This document shows, one piece after another, positions 27,725-36,649 of a DNA stretch of 64,000 nucleotides (position 1 is the first letter of the stretch; every line of letters begins with the position of its first letter). The DNA is taken from positions 190,917 through 254,916 of the IMG/VR virus record IMGVR_UViG_3300045988_171772; one strand, written 5' to 3'. The notes under the pieces were generated by a model, which worked only from the letters and a program-made list of their open reading frames with translations, was not told the origin of the DNA and did no database searches. Source of the stretch: a virus. The position numbers were made by a program, and so were the translations under genes.

Positions 27725-29104
27725 TTAGCTCTTCATCGCACTAAACACGAAGTAGAGGAAAATCGCTCTGCGGAATCCGTTTATGGTTCCACTAGAGGTA
27801 GTATTGCGATAGGTTTTGCTTCCTCTCTTCAGCCACTGATGAGAGAGTTCCTTGATCCGAATGACATTGGGTTCTTTGGAGTTACCACTCTTGTAAGCTT
27901 GCTCTGCTATAAGAGCAAATGCCTTCGAGTGAATATCCTCATCCTTAGCATTCGGATTCCGGCTGAAGAAGAGAGTGAAGAGAGCAGAATAGAAATCTGT
28001 AAGCTCATCGATATGTCTCTCTTGTCTCATATTCTCCAGACAGAGAATCAATTCATCTGGAGACACTTTCATTGCTTTACAGATCTTGACAATCTGACCT
28101 CTATTCAGAGAAGTGGAATAGAATTTCGACACATTCAGAGAGACGAGCTTGCTGATTCTACCAGAAAGAAAATCGGTCTCGATGACATTTCCTTCATCAT
28201 CTCGATTGTCTCCCTGAGAAAGAGAGACATTTCCTTCTTTGTAATTCTCCATATACTTCTTTCGAATGGAGGAGAATTGTCCATTCAATCTTGTCTTCAA
28301 CTGGTTGATCATATATTCCATTCCCCAGTCTGATCCATCTTTCCAAAGTTTGTCATAGTCATACTTGGAATTGGAAGACTTAGAAGATTCTGAATTCATC
28401 TTAGGATCAAAGACTCGATTGGCCAATTTCTGCATCATGACTTCGATAGAACCAGCCTTCTTCAGAATCATACCATTCTGGAGATTGTCAATGGTGTAAA
28501 CCATGGTGGCAGGTCTAGCGACTCCATATCTGAAATTGGAAGAGAAGAGAGAATAGTAGAGATTGTATTCATAATAGAGCTTACACATCTCATACTGAGT
28601 CTTCTTTTTCTCATTGAATTTGTAATAGCGAATCACAAACATGAGAAGCACCCTGAAGGGAGTGATATTCTTCTGCTCCTGGACAAAAGGAGGTTTCTCA
28701 AGATCCTTGATCAACTTATCCAATTCATCCTCGTCCACTCCACAACAGGTAAAGAGGATATTCTTATCATTATCCGTAAAGATCATATTCTTCAAAATAT
28801 AAATATCAGAAAGAATATCCACATTCTTATTTCGATAGGATTCAATGTATTTTGTGAGTGTCGCTTCATACTTAGGGAGATTCTCTTTGATCTTGGGATC
28901 CAGAAAGTCTCTCAGTCTGAAGGACTTCATATTTCGATCTGCAAAAAGAGAGCGGATCATTCTCCGCTCTTCTTGTGATTCAGGTGCATCCCAGTCATCT
29001 GGCTTTTCAAATGACTTAGCCTCGGTGACAGGAAGATCCATACTCGAATCATCTAAGAGATCGCCAAAGGTCAACGGAGATACTTGGGTCTCGTTGAATA
29101 CCAT
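27725..29104 (-). CDS. hypothetical protein (459 aa), translationally adjacent to the beta C-terminal fragment
   Basis: ORF-track ORF with TAGGAGGT upstream. Its stop lies 17 nt before the next start. Confidence 0.8.
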   Translation of the reverse strand: MVFNETQVSPLTFGDLLDDSSMDLPVTEAKSFEKPDDWDAPESQEERRMIRSLFADRNMKSFRLRDFLDPKIKENLPKYEATLTKYIESYRNKNVDILSDIYILKNMIFTDNDKNILFTCCGVDEDELDKLIKDLEKPPFVQEQKNITPFRVLLMFVIRYYKFNEKKKTQYEMCKLYYEYNLYYSLFSSNFRYGVARPATMVYTIDNLQNGMILKKAGSIEVMMQKLANRVFDPKMNSESSKSSNSKYDYDKLWKDGSDWGMEYMINQLKTRLNGQFSSIRKKYMENYKEGNVSLSQGDNRDDEGNVIETDFLSGRISKLVSLNVSKFYSTSLNRGQIVKICKAMKVSPDELILCLENMRQERHIDELTDFYSALFTLFFSRNPNAKDEDIHSKAFALIAEQAYKSGNSKEPNVIRIKELSHQWLKRGSKTYRNTTSSGTINGFRRAIFLYFVFSAMKS

Positions 29105-29307
29105 GTCTCTATACCTCCTAGATAGTTGGATTTGATAAGCTTATCGTGGTGTTTTGAGGCTAAGGGATCCAGGGGAAAGAAAAGATTTAACAAATGAGTA
29201 AAGTCGTATTTGTATTCTCCTTCATACGACTGACATTTCTGAAATCATTTGCCCATGTTCAGTTTTTACCTTTCTTTTCCTATCATAGTTGAATCTCCTT
29301 TGTCTGA

Positions 29308-29403
29308 ATCCCCAGATACCTAGCGCCAACTATAGGTATCTGGGGATTTGTTTTCTTGAATAAAAAAGAAAAAAGATGGGGACCCGTAAAAAGGTCCCCA
29401 TCT
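29308..29403 (-). terminator. tandem terminator hairpins after 29431..29667
   Basis: AGATGGGGACC/GGTCCCCATCT followed by TTTTTTCTTTTTT, then AATCCCCAGATACCTA/TAGGTATCTGGGGATT. Confidence 0.8.
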
Positions 29404-29430
29404 TTGTGCTGGCATGGAAGCCATTGAGAT

Positions 29431-29667
29431 TTACTCAACAGCTTCCGTGGCAGCGGTGTCGGGCAGGTCGTCTTCCAGGTCACCCAGATCGACATCCTCG
29501 GCAGCCTCGGTGGTAGCCTCTGCAGCCGCAGTAGCCGCCAGCTTGCTCTTGTCGATGGCATTCTTGATGTCACCGACACCATTGGCGATCATGATACCGC
29601 CGCAACCGACAGCGCCAGCGCCGATAGTGATTTTGCCGATGCCCTTCAAAATTTCAGTGTTGATCAT
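29431..29667 (-). CDS. small glycine-zipper membrane-active protein with an acidic C-terminal tail (78 aa)
   Basis: GIGKITIGAGAVGCGGIMIANGVG is followed by AEATTEAAEDVDLGDLEDDLPD. The gene has its own class I promoter motif and two consecutive terminator hairpins. Confidence 0.7.
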   Translation of the reverse strand: MINTEILKGIGKITIGAGAVGCGGIMIANGVGDIKNAIDKSKLAATAAAEATTEAAEDVDLGDLEDDLPDTAATEAVE

Positions 29668-29755
29668 AATGATATTCCTTTCTGGTTTTAACGACTTTTC
29701 CTTGTCGTAATTTTGGTAGTAATAAAGAGACTTATTCCCTCTATTCTACTTTAAT

Positions 29756-29786
29756 AATATACATGATTTTGTACCCGACTTTTCGA
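29756..29786 (-). promoter_or_regulatory. class I promoter-like motif
   Basis: On the minus strand, TCGAAAA-N18-TATATTATT, ~85 nt upstream of 29667. Confidence 0.5.
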
Positions 29787-29801
29787 TTCGGTGATAGGCT
29801 T

Positions 29802-29891
29802 CTAACTACTGTCATCATCGTCGAATACCTCTTCCGGGGCTTCAAAATCTTCTTCAATTACGGCCCCATAATACCCGTTCAACTCATTCAA
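29802..29891 (-). CDS. possible micro-ORF (29 aa, TTG start, acidic)
   Basis: AGGAGG lies 7 nt upstream of the TTG. The product reads (M)NELNGYYGAVIEEDFEAPEEVFDDDDSS. It sits between two class I promoter motifs and has no other support. Confidence 0.25.
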   Translation of the reverse strand: MNELNGYYGAVIEEDFEAPEEVFDDDDSS

Positions 29892-29916
29892 TAAATTACC
29901 TCCTTTCTACCTATAT

Positions 29917-29947
29917 AATATATAGACTTTAACCCCTCACTTTTCAA
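29917..29947 (-). promoter_or_regulatory. class I promoter-like motif
   Basis: On the minus strand, TTGAAAA-N18-TATATTATA, just after the gyrase operon terminator. Confidence 0.5.
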
Positions 29948-29968
29948 TTCGAGCAGTTTATAAAAAAT

Positions 29969-30020
29969 ATCCCGAATAAGATCACACAAAATTTCGATCT
30001 TATTCGGGATTTTCTTTTTA
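29969..30020. terminator. bidirectional terminator after the gyrase operon
   Basis: 15-bp stem ATCCCGAATAAGATC/GATCTTATTCGGGAT flanked by A-rich and T-rich runs. Confidence 0.8.
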
Positions 30021-30030
30021 TAGTGAGATT

Positions 30031-32577
30031 TTACGGTTCGGTGACTCCGACATAGATGATGTTATCTCCACCCAGAGACAGAAGCTTTCTTCCCTTGGCT
30101 TTACGAGACATAGTAGGAATTTCATCAAAGCTGAGATCCTGAGATCCATTCTTGGTGGCTACCGTAATCACAGACTTGGGATTGATCGGAATGACGGTAT
30201 AGAGAGAAGTCTTATCATCCATCGTGGTAATGTAGGAGGAGACTCTCTTCTTGGTCAGATCTCCGAATTCTTCTACGGCAATCTTCTTGACATAGCCGTT
30301 GTCCATGATACAAGCGACATATTCACATGCCTGAGGAAGAATGCAGAATCCCACACAGGAGTCATCTTCTTCCAGATTGAAGCAGCGATTTCCTTGAGAA
30401 TCTCGAGAGATGACAGGGATATCCTGATTCTTAACGATTGTAAAATGACCCTTCTTGGTATAGACCAGAAGATCAGGAGGTGCCAGACGTACTTTCGGTT
30501 TCTTCTTGGTAGATTCCTCCTCAGGATAGCACATCAATCTGGAGGCAGCTACCAGAGAATCATTCTCCTTCAGAAGCTTGACACATCGCACAGATTTTGG
30601 CTGCTTGATATTCCGATACTCTTCCAGAGAGGTTCTCTTAAGATAGCCAGACTTTGTCAGAGTGACAATGTAACTCACCAGACCAAAGTCGGAGTAAATG
30701 AGCTTGGAATCTGCCTCTGTCTCCTCATGGTCAACCGTGATGATTTCACCCTGAAGTTTGGTTACATCATAGACACGATTCCCTGTATTGGAAGGAATGG
30801 TATTGTCAAACTCATGGACAGGGACAATGCTGAATCGACCTGTGGAATCAAAGAGGATGATATTCTCAAGATTCTTACACCTGGTCGCAAGAATGGGATA
30901 ATCTCCATGTGCCATAGCTCCATATCCTTTGACTCTGGAGTTCATGACAGTGGGAAGTTTCTTATAGAATCCCTTCTTGGTAAAGACCATGATGTGCTCG
31001 GTATCCGAGATAGCCTCTTCTTTTCCTTCCCGGATGATGGTGCAGTATCTCTTAGGAGGAGCATACTTCTTCAGATCATCCAGATCCGAGATGATCAATT
31101 CATCGATTTTCTTCTCTGAATAGATCATTCCCATGATCTTCTTGAGCTCTTTGGCAAGTTCATCTCTCTCCTCAATATACTTCTGATGCATATCACCAGT
31201 GAATGCTCTCAGAGGCATATCGACCACTTTATGGGCAATGAAGGAATTCATCCCATAAAGTTTCATCAATTGATCCTCAGCAGATTCCTGGGAAGATCCC
31301 TTGATGATCTTGATGACCTTCTCGAGATTGGTCTTCTCGGTGAGTTTGATCAAGGTCTCTAGAATGGTGATTCTTGCATTGATCTTGGAGACCTTCTTAT
31401 TGAGAAGACGACGGATGTATTCTCTCCGGTTATCAATCCATGCCAGAAGAAGAGTCCGGATGTTATAGTGGTTGACATTGACACCATCGGTGACTGCCCA
31501 GAATTGGACCGAGATCGTCTTCTGGAGATCGGTAAGCTTATAGAGTTTCGCTTTCTCCTTCAGAGGATCATATGCCTTATGGAGATAGAGGCAGTAGTCA
31601 ATGTCATGCTTCTGGAATTCATCCTTGGATTTCTTAGCAAGAGCTCTGGTCCGATCTGACTTATCATGGAAAGACAGATTCCCAGCTTTGCATTGCTGGA
31701 CGATCTGCTCACCGATATTCTGCATATCCGCCAACCAGGGAATACTCCGAATGTGGAAGACATACTTATTGGTATCTTCCTCAATCTCAATATGGGCTCT
31801 CATGGTTAGAGATCCAGATCCAGTCTCAGCAATCGATTTCAATCCCTCGTTGAAGACAATTTCACATCCGTCAACGGGCGGGTCTGGGAGAATGTCGATT
31901 TCTGGATCCTCTGGGTCAAGGATGAGCTTTTTCGTAACCTCAAGGACATCATTGATGTTGTAAGGCGGTATGGATGAGTTGAATCCATATCCAAGCCCAG
32001 ACACTCCTTCGATGAGAATGTTGGGGAATTTGGATGGTAGATAGACTGGCTCATCGGCAGATCTGGTTGCGTTTGGTTGCATCTCAATGCAATCAGGATC
32101 AAATTCGGAGAAAAAGCACTCGTATCCATAGTCAGAAATCGAAGCCTCCGTGTAACGATCAGCGCCCACCGTATTCGGATCACAGATGGAACCGAAGTTG
32201 CCATAGCCTCTCATGATAGGAGCACCCTTCTTGAAAGGCTGAGCCATATTGACCATGGACATGTAGATGGATGCATTGCCATGCGGATGATAATTCAAAG
32301 TCTGGCCAATGAGAGAGGCAGACTTGACTTTGTTATTCTTATAGGCCTTCATGAGATAAGCGACCCACAAGATTCTTCTCTGCACAGGAATGAGGGAATC
32401 CTCGAGTGCAGGCAACTGTCTTGCACAGTTTACATTGAAGGCAAAGAGACCCATGGTGCCGGTGTTGTAATCACCTACATCCACATCATCGATATTGCCT
32501 TCCTGCTGAAAATCGGAATCTGTGATTTTATCCCAGAGACCGGTTGCTGGTTTTTCTTTCTTTTCTTTCTTTGCCAT
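30031..32577 (-). CDS. gyrA: type IIA DNA topoisomerase subunit A (GyrA/ParC-like)
   Basis: QRRILWVAY...NYHPHGNASIYMSMVNMAQPF...GYGNFGS...GADRYTEA matches GyrA HRRVLYAM...[20 protein letters not shown]...GQGNFGS...AMRYTE, including the catalytic Tyr. Confidence 0.9.
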   Translation of the reverse strand: MAKKEKKEKPATGLWDKITDSDFQQEGNIDDVDVGDYNTGTMGLFAFNVNCARQLPALEDSLIPVQRRILWVAYLMKAYKNNKVKSASLIGQTLNYHPHGNASIYMSMVNMAQPFKKGAPIMRGYGNFGSICDPNTVGADRYTEASISDYGYECFFSEFDPDCIEMQPNATRSADEPVYLPSKFPNILIEGVSGLGYGFNSSIPPYNINDVLEVTKKLILDPEDPEIDILPDPPVDGCEIVFNEGLKSIAETGSGSLTMRAHIEIEEDTNKYVFHIRSIPWLADMQNIGEQIVQQCKAGNLSFHDKSDRTRALAKKSKDEFQKHDIDYCLYLHKAYDPLKEKAKLYKLTDLQKTISVQFWAVTDGVNVNHYNIRTLLLAWIDNRREYIRRLLNKKVSKINARITILETLIKLTEKTNLEKVIKIIKGSSQESAEDQLMKLYGMNSFIAHKVVDMPLRAFTGDMHQKYIEERDELAKELKKIMGMIYSEKKIDELIISDLDDLKKYAPPKRYCTIIREGKEEAISDTEHIMVFTKKGFYKKLPTVMNSRVKGYGAMAHGDYPILATRCKNLENIILFDSTGRFSIVPVHEFDNTIPSNTGNRVYDVTKLQGEIITVDHEETEADSKLIYSDFGLVSYIVTLTKSGYLKRTSLEEYRNIKQPKSVRCVKLLKENDSLVAASRLMCYPEEESTKKKPKVRLAPPDLLVYTKKGHFTIVKNQDIPVISRDSQGNRCFNLEEDDSCVGFCILPQACEYVACIMDNGYVKKIAVEEFGDLTKKRVSSYITTMDDKTSLYTVIPINPKSVITVATKNGSQDLSFDEIPTMSRKAKGRKLLSLGGDNIIYVGVTEP

Positions 32578-32598
32578 AGCAGGAATACTCTCCTTGTA

Positions 32599-35016
32599 TC
32601 AGTTGTCAATATCTTCAATGGTGTATCTGCCTTGATAGACAAGATTCTTCCGGAAGTCTGCATTCTCTTTTCCATGGAGATTGGAGATCTGCTCAATGGC
32701 ACGATCTGCAGAATGCATGGTGATCTTATACAGCTTCCGAATCGCAGGATTCAGAGTGGAGACAAACAGAAGTTCGCCATCCATCTCGCCCAACCCTTTA
32801 AAGCGCTGGTCAATGTCCGGACTATACTTGGAAGAGACAATCGAGAGGAATTGACCGACGGTCACCTTCATAGGATCCGATTCTTTATTGGATCGATTCT
32901 TGAATGACACAATCAACGAGGGATTCTCTCTCATAATCTCAAGAAGTCTCTCGGCATTCTTCAAGAAGATATTGTCCACAATGAGGGTGATGTCTTCTTT
33001 GTTATAGGCACCACGAAGACTGTGCTCAGCAATATCAAACTTGCATTCGGGGAATACCTTCTCGATGAGCTTCTTGAATTTCTTGCTATCTCCTTCTGAG
33101 GCGAGATACTCCCAGCATACAACCTCTACGATATACAGAGGAGCTGCCGATTTCTTCACCATATTCTCGAGATAATAGAGATATTGAAGGTTGGTTCTCA
33201 TCCAGCCATAAGCTTCCTTCTTACTAAGAGGAATCGGTTCTCCCTTATCCGGAAGGAGAGTGATCTCGACATTGTCAGCAACGGCTCTATCATAGATGTC
33301 ATTGTATTGATGCTTGTCGAAGATATATTTATTTCCCTTAATAAAGGAATTCTTCTTGTTATCCTTCAGAAGATAGAGAGGAGGTACCGCTTTATACAGT
33401 CTCTCTTCAATGATAATCTGAGGGAGATGAATTGCAAAGAAAGCACAGAGAAGAGATGTGATGTTATGGCCATCAATATCTTCATCTGAGAGAATGATAA
33501 TCTTGTCAAACCTCAGATTGGAGATATTGAAATCTTTTCCAATACCACATCCGAGAATCTTGACGAGATTCCGAAGGACATCATTCTTCATCGCTTTCTC
33601 GGTAGAGACCCCGAACGCATTCGGAATGACACCACGGAGAAGATAGACAGCCTGATATCTGTGGTCAACCATATTGGCGACATGACGACCTGCAGAATCA
33701 CCCTCACAGATGAAGAGTTCTGTATACCCTTTGGTATTTCTGTCAGAGAGACCGATATAGGTGGGAACTTCTCTTTCGTCTGCCCAAGTCTGTGTCTTCT
33801 TGCCATCCAGTCCTTTCATAGAATGGGAAGCCAGACGAATCTTTGCCATCTTTCTCAGATAGTCGATGATTTTCTTGAGGGTGGCTTGATTGGATACGAA
33901 GTAGGTATCCAACGCTTTCTGCATCTGCTTCCGAGAGTCTGTCTGCATATATTCATTACCGACTCTCTCTTTTACCTGACCAGAGAAATTCGGTCTGGCC
34001 GCTTTGCAGTTGACGACCAGAATGAGCCCCTTCTTACAATCTTCGAAAGTAACAGGATATTTGGATTTGGGGTCTAATCTCTGCGCAGTCTTGACAAAGA
34101 AGCTGCACAGAGCGGATTCACATCCATCGACATGTGTACCATTCTCGATGGTATGGACATAGTTACAGTAGGAATCGATTGTCTCTCCATCCAGAGTCAG
34201 ATCATACGAGAAAGACATCTGAATGGCAAACTCTCTCATGGGATCTTCTTCCGAGATCTGGTCAAATCCCACTGTCATAGGAGCAAACTCCAGATCATTG
34301 CCAAGATACCGGACATCCTCAGCCAATCCCTCTGCCTTATAGGTGCGAGACAGAATGACATCCGATTTCTTTCTCTTGGATACCAGCTTCATGGTAATTC
34401 CTTCCGGGCAGATATAGCTCATGCAACGGAGCCATTCACAGATGTCATCCGCAGTGAGATGAATCTTACCCAGATATTCTTCAGAAGGAATAAACTCGAC
34501 TCTCAATCCAGTCTTTTCCTTCTTATTCTTCATAGGTTTGGACTCGACGATGTCCTTTCCTTTTGTCACCGTCAATGTCTTATATTCCTTCCCACGATAG
34601 GAAGTAACCTGATAGTAGTCGGAGAGAGCAGCAGTCACCTTCAGACCTACACCATTCTCACCGGCGGATTCTACATTGAATTTTCTTCCTTCCTTGGTCG
34701 TGGTATGTTTCTTAGTACATACTTCTCTGAGTTTCTCAAAGGGAATACCACGACCATTGTCTTCAATAATAATGCGGAGTGTGGACTCATCAAAGTAGAT
34801 ATCAATCTGATCTGCCGGAGAATTCTTGCTCACACATTCATCCAAGGCATTATTAAAGATTTCCTTGAAGAGATGAAGTGCGGCTTTGGTTCCACGGTAG
34901 GAGATGTACATACCAATGAACTTTCTGACCTGGTCATACTCATCCTTGTAGTATACATACTCATCATCTTTGATTACATTTTGCTTTACTTCAGATTTCA
35001 CAAAGTATACCTCCAT
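32599..35016 (-). CDS. gyrB: type IIA DNA topoisomerase subunit B (GyrB/ParE-like)
   Basis: GHKL N-box EIFNNALDEC, DNGRGIP, Toprim CEGDSAG, ILSDEDIDGHNITSLL and KGLGEM. A GTG at 35001 with GGAGG 8 nt upstream is an alternative start. Confidence 0.9.
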   Translation of the reverse strand: MEVYFVKSEVKQNVIKDDEYVYYKDEYDQVRKFIGMYISYRGTKAALHLFKEIFNNALDECVSKNSPADQIDIYFDESTLRIIIEDNGRGIPFEKLREVCTKKHTTTKEGRKFNVESAGENGVGLKVTAALSDYYQVTSYRGKEYKTLTVTKGKDIVESKPMKNKKEKTGLRVEFIPSEEYLGKIHLTADDICEWLRCMSYICPEGITMKLVSKRKKSDVILSRTYKAEGLAEDVRYLGNDLEFAPMTVGFDQISEEDPMREFAIQMSFSYDLTLDGETIDSYCNYVHTIENGTHVDGCESALCSFFVKTAQRLDPKSKYPVTFEDCKKGLILVVNCKAARPNFSGQVKERVGNEYMQTDSRKQMQKALDTYFVSNQATLKKIIDYLRKMAKIRLASHSMKGLDGKKTQTWADEREVPTYIGLSDRNTKGYTELFICEGDSAGRHVANMVDHRYQAVYLLRGVIPNAFGVSTEKAMKNDVLRNLVKILGCGIGKDFNISNLRFDKIIILSDEDIDGHNITSLLCAFFAIHLPQIIIEERLYKAVPPLYLLKDNKKNSFIKGNKYIFDKHQYNDIYDRAVADNVEITLLPDKGEPIPLSKKEAYGWMRTNLQYLYYLENMVKKSAAPLYIVEVVCWEYLASEGDSKKFKKLIEKVFPECKFDIAEHSLRGAYNKEDITLIVDNIFLKNAERLLEIMRENPSLIVSFKNRSNKESDPMKVTVGQFLSIVSSKYSPDIDQRFKGLGEMDGELLFVSTLNPAIRKLYKITMHSADRAIEQISNLHGKENADFRKNLVYQGRYTIEDIDN

Positions 35017-35076
35017 ATAGATTTATTTCTTATGGAAACTAATATCTTGTTATATACCCCGTATGAGTGTACGGAC

Positions 35077-35095
35077 ATAAAAATGATATATAAAC
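35077..35095 (-). promoter_or_regulatory. class II promoter-like motif upstream of the gyrB-like gene
   Basis: On the minus strand, GTTTATATATCATTTTTAT, directly after terminator 35118-35156. Confidence 0.4.
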
Positions 35096-35117
35096 TTATT
35101 TTCGATCATTCTAATGA

Positions 35118-35156
35118 GAAGAAAAAATGTGGTATACGCCACAGACGTATACCACA
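35118..35156 (-). terminator. rho-independent terminator
   Basis: 11-bp stem TGTGGTATACG/CGTATACCACA followed by TTTTTTC on the minus strand. Confidence 0.7.
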
Positions 35157-35231
35157 GATTCCTTAGACGTATCGACCTCATGATTTCTCGAGTTAATCAC
35201 GAGATTCAGTATGGATGTATATAAATTGATT

Positions 35232-35696
35232 TTACCAACTAATGGTGACGTTCGAATTGCCCTCACGACGGGGACGATTCTTGGAGTTGTTATTGGCCTG
35301 CATGATCTTCTCCAGGACATTCTTGATCCGGAGAGAATCTTTCTGATACTGGACAATCGCCTGGACAGCTACACTGTCAGGATCACGAGCCAGAATCTTG
35401 GCGCAGTCACACTGTTGATCGATCGTAGCAAATGCCTTGTTGAAGGTATCCTGATCGATTCGAGAGATCGATACGATCTTGTTGCAGAGAGAGCACCGGA
35501 ATTTGGATCCTCCATCACTGCTTCCATCATTCAGAGGAATCAAGGTAGGATGACCGAATGCCCGATGAAGACATTCGCATTGCTGACCTTTCTCAGCTTT
35601 GTCCAGTTTTCCTCTTGTTTCGTGAATGAACTGGATGTTCTTCCGAGTGTTCTTTCCATTGAAGGGTTTTCCCTTCCGTTCATTGAAATCTGCCAT
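35232..35696 (-). CDS. hypothetical Cys-containing (possible zinc-ribbon) protein (154 aa)
   Basis: ORF with AAAGGAGAA upstream. CECLH...CSLCNK...CDC. A class II promoter motif lies about 100 nt upstream. Confidence 0.75.
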   Translation of the reverse strand: MADFNERKGKPFNGKNTRKNIQFIHETRGKLDKAEKGQQCECLHRAFGHPTLIPLNDGSSDGGSKFRCSLCNKIVSISRIDQDTFNKAFATIDQQCDCAKILARDPDSVAVQAIVQYQKDSLRIKNVLEKIMQANNNSKNRPRREGNSNVTISW

Positions 35697-35798
35697 TGCA
35701 GTTTTCTCCTTTCTGTAAATGAAAGCGAAAATTCTTCCATTAAAATAAAGAATTTTACGTCTAAGGTTCCTCTATCTTTAGAAAGTTACTCTCATTTA

Positions 35799-35817
35799 CC
35801 TATAAATGATATACGAA
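35799..35817 (-). promoter_or_regulatory. class II promoter-like motif
   Basis: On the minus strand, TTCGTATATCATTTATAGG, ~100 nt upstream of ATG 35696. Confidence 0.4.
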
Positions 35818-35837
35818 ATAATTTTTATTTTGCCATT

Positions 35838-36527
35838 TTAATGAGGCTTGTCTACATCGATCATTTCGATGATCTGAGTATGGATTTCATTCATGTCTCT
35901 CATGACACAATCTCCTTCTTCTGTCATGATACTACAAGGAACGATATCCCAATTGTATTTATCGGCGACATAGTTGGCAGTAGCATGACAGATCTCCATA
36001 TAGGATTTGTCTCTCTCATGAATGTCCATCTTGGAAGTATCTCCTTGGTATCTTTTCAGGAGATTCTTTTCGGAGATCTGAGGATGAATCTTGAGATAGA
36101 TGACTTTATCAGGTCTGGGTAATCCGCACTTATTGTATTCGAAATCATCCAACCAATCCAGGAAGGTATCCAATTCAGGTTGACTCATGTGGAATTTAGC
36201 CCCCTGGTGGATGAAATTGGAGGTAGAATATCGATCCGAGATTAAGGTACCTCCATTCTCATAGAATTCTCTCCATTCCTTCTTCTTGTATCCATAGTAA
36301 CGATCGGCAGTATAGAAGGAAGAGGCAATATACGGGTTTACCTCATCAGCGGTGCCGAAATCTCCATGGAGATACATCTTGAGAAGAGCAGATGAAGGAG
36401 AATTATAATCTGGGAAGGAAATGATCTTGTGTTGAATTCCGAGGCTATTGAGAAAGTTGTGAAAGAGCATCGTTTGTGTCGCTTTACCAGATCCATCCAA
36501 TCCCTCGAATACGATCAATTTTCCCAT
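35838..36527 (-). CDS. tmk: thymidylate (dTMP) kinase
   Basis: P-loop FEGLDGSGKATQ at the N-terminus, typical size (229 aa), and a DRY motif (LISDRYSTS). Confidence 0.9.
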   Translation of the reverse strand: MGKLIVFEGLDGSGKATQTMLFHNFLNSLGIQHKIISFPDYNSPSSALLKMYLHGDFGTADEVNPYIASSFYTADRYYGYKKKEWREFYENGGTLISDRYSTSNFIHQGAKFHMSQPELDTFLDWLDDFEYNKCGLPRPDKVIYLKIHPQISEKNLLKRYQGDTSKMDIHERDKSYMEICHATANYVADKYNWDIVPCSIMTEEGDCVMRDMNEIHTQIIEMIDVDKPH

Positions 36528-36580
36528 AGTTGATTTCCTCCTTAGTAATAGGATTCTTAGTGGATGGTATCGGAATTGAT

Positions 36581-36628
36581 AAAATAAAAGAGAGATAGAC
36601 TCTCTAGAATGTAGAAAGTCTATCTCTC
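36581..36628 (-). terminator. rho-independent terminator between the fibre module and tmk
   Basis: 12-bp stem GAGAGATAGACT/AGTCTATCTCTC followed by TTTTATTTT on the minus strand. Confidence 0.7.
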
Positions 36629-36649
36629 ATAAAGAATTTGGAATATAGA

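Noticed and set aside
32599-35016. Inteins or introns in the gyrase, recombinase and RNAP beta genes, looked for because introns exist in beta-prime
   Set aside because: These ORFs are continuous, of normal length, and their conserved motifs occur in the expected order without large insertions flanked by Cys/Ser...His-Asn signatures.
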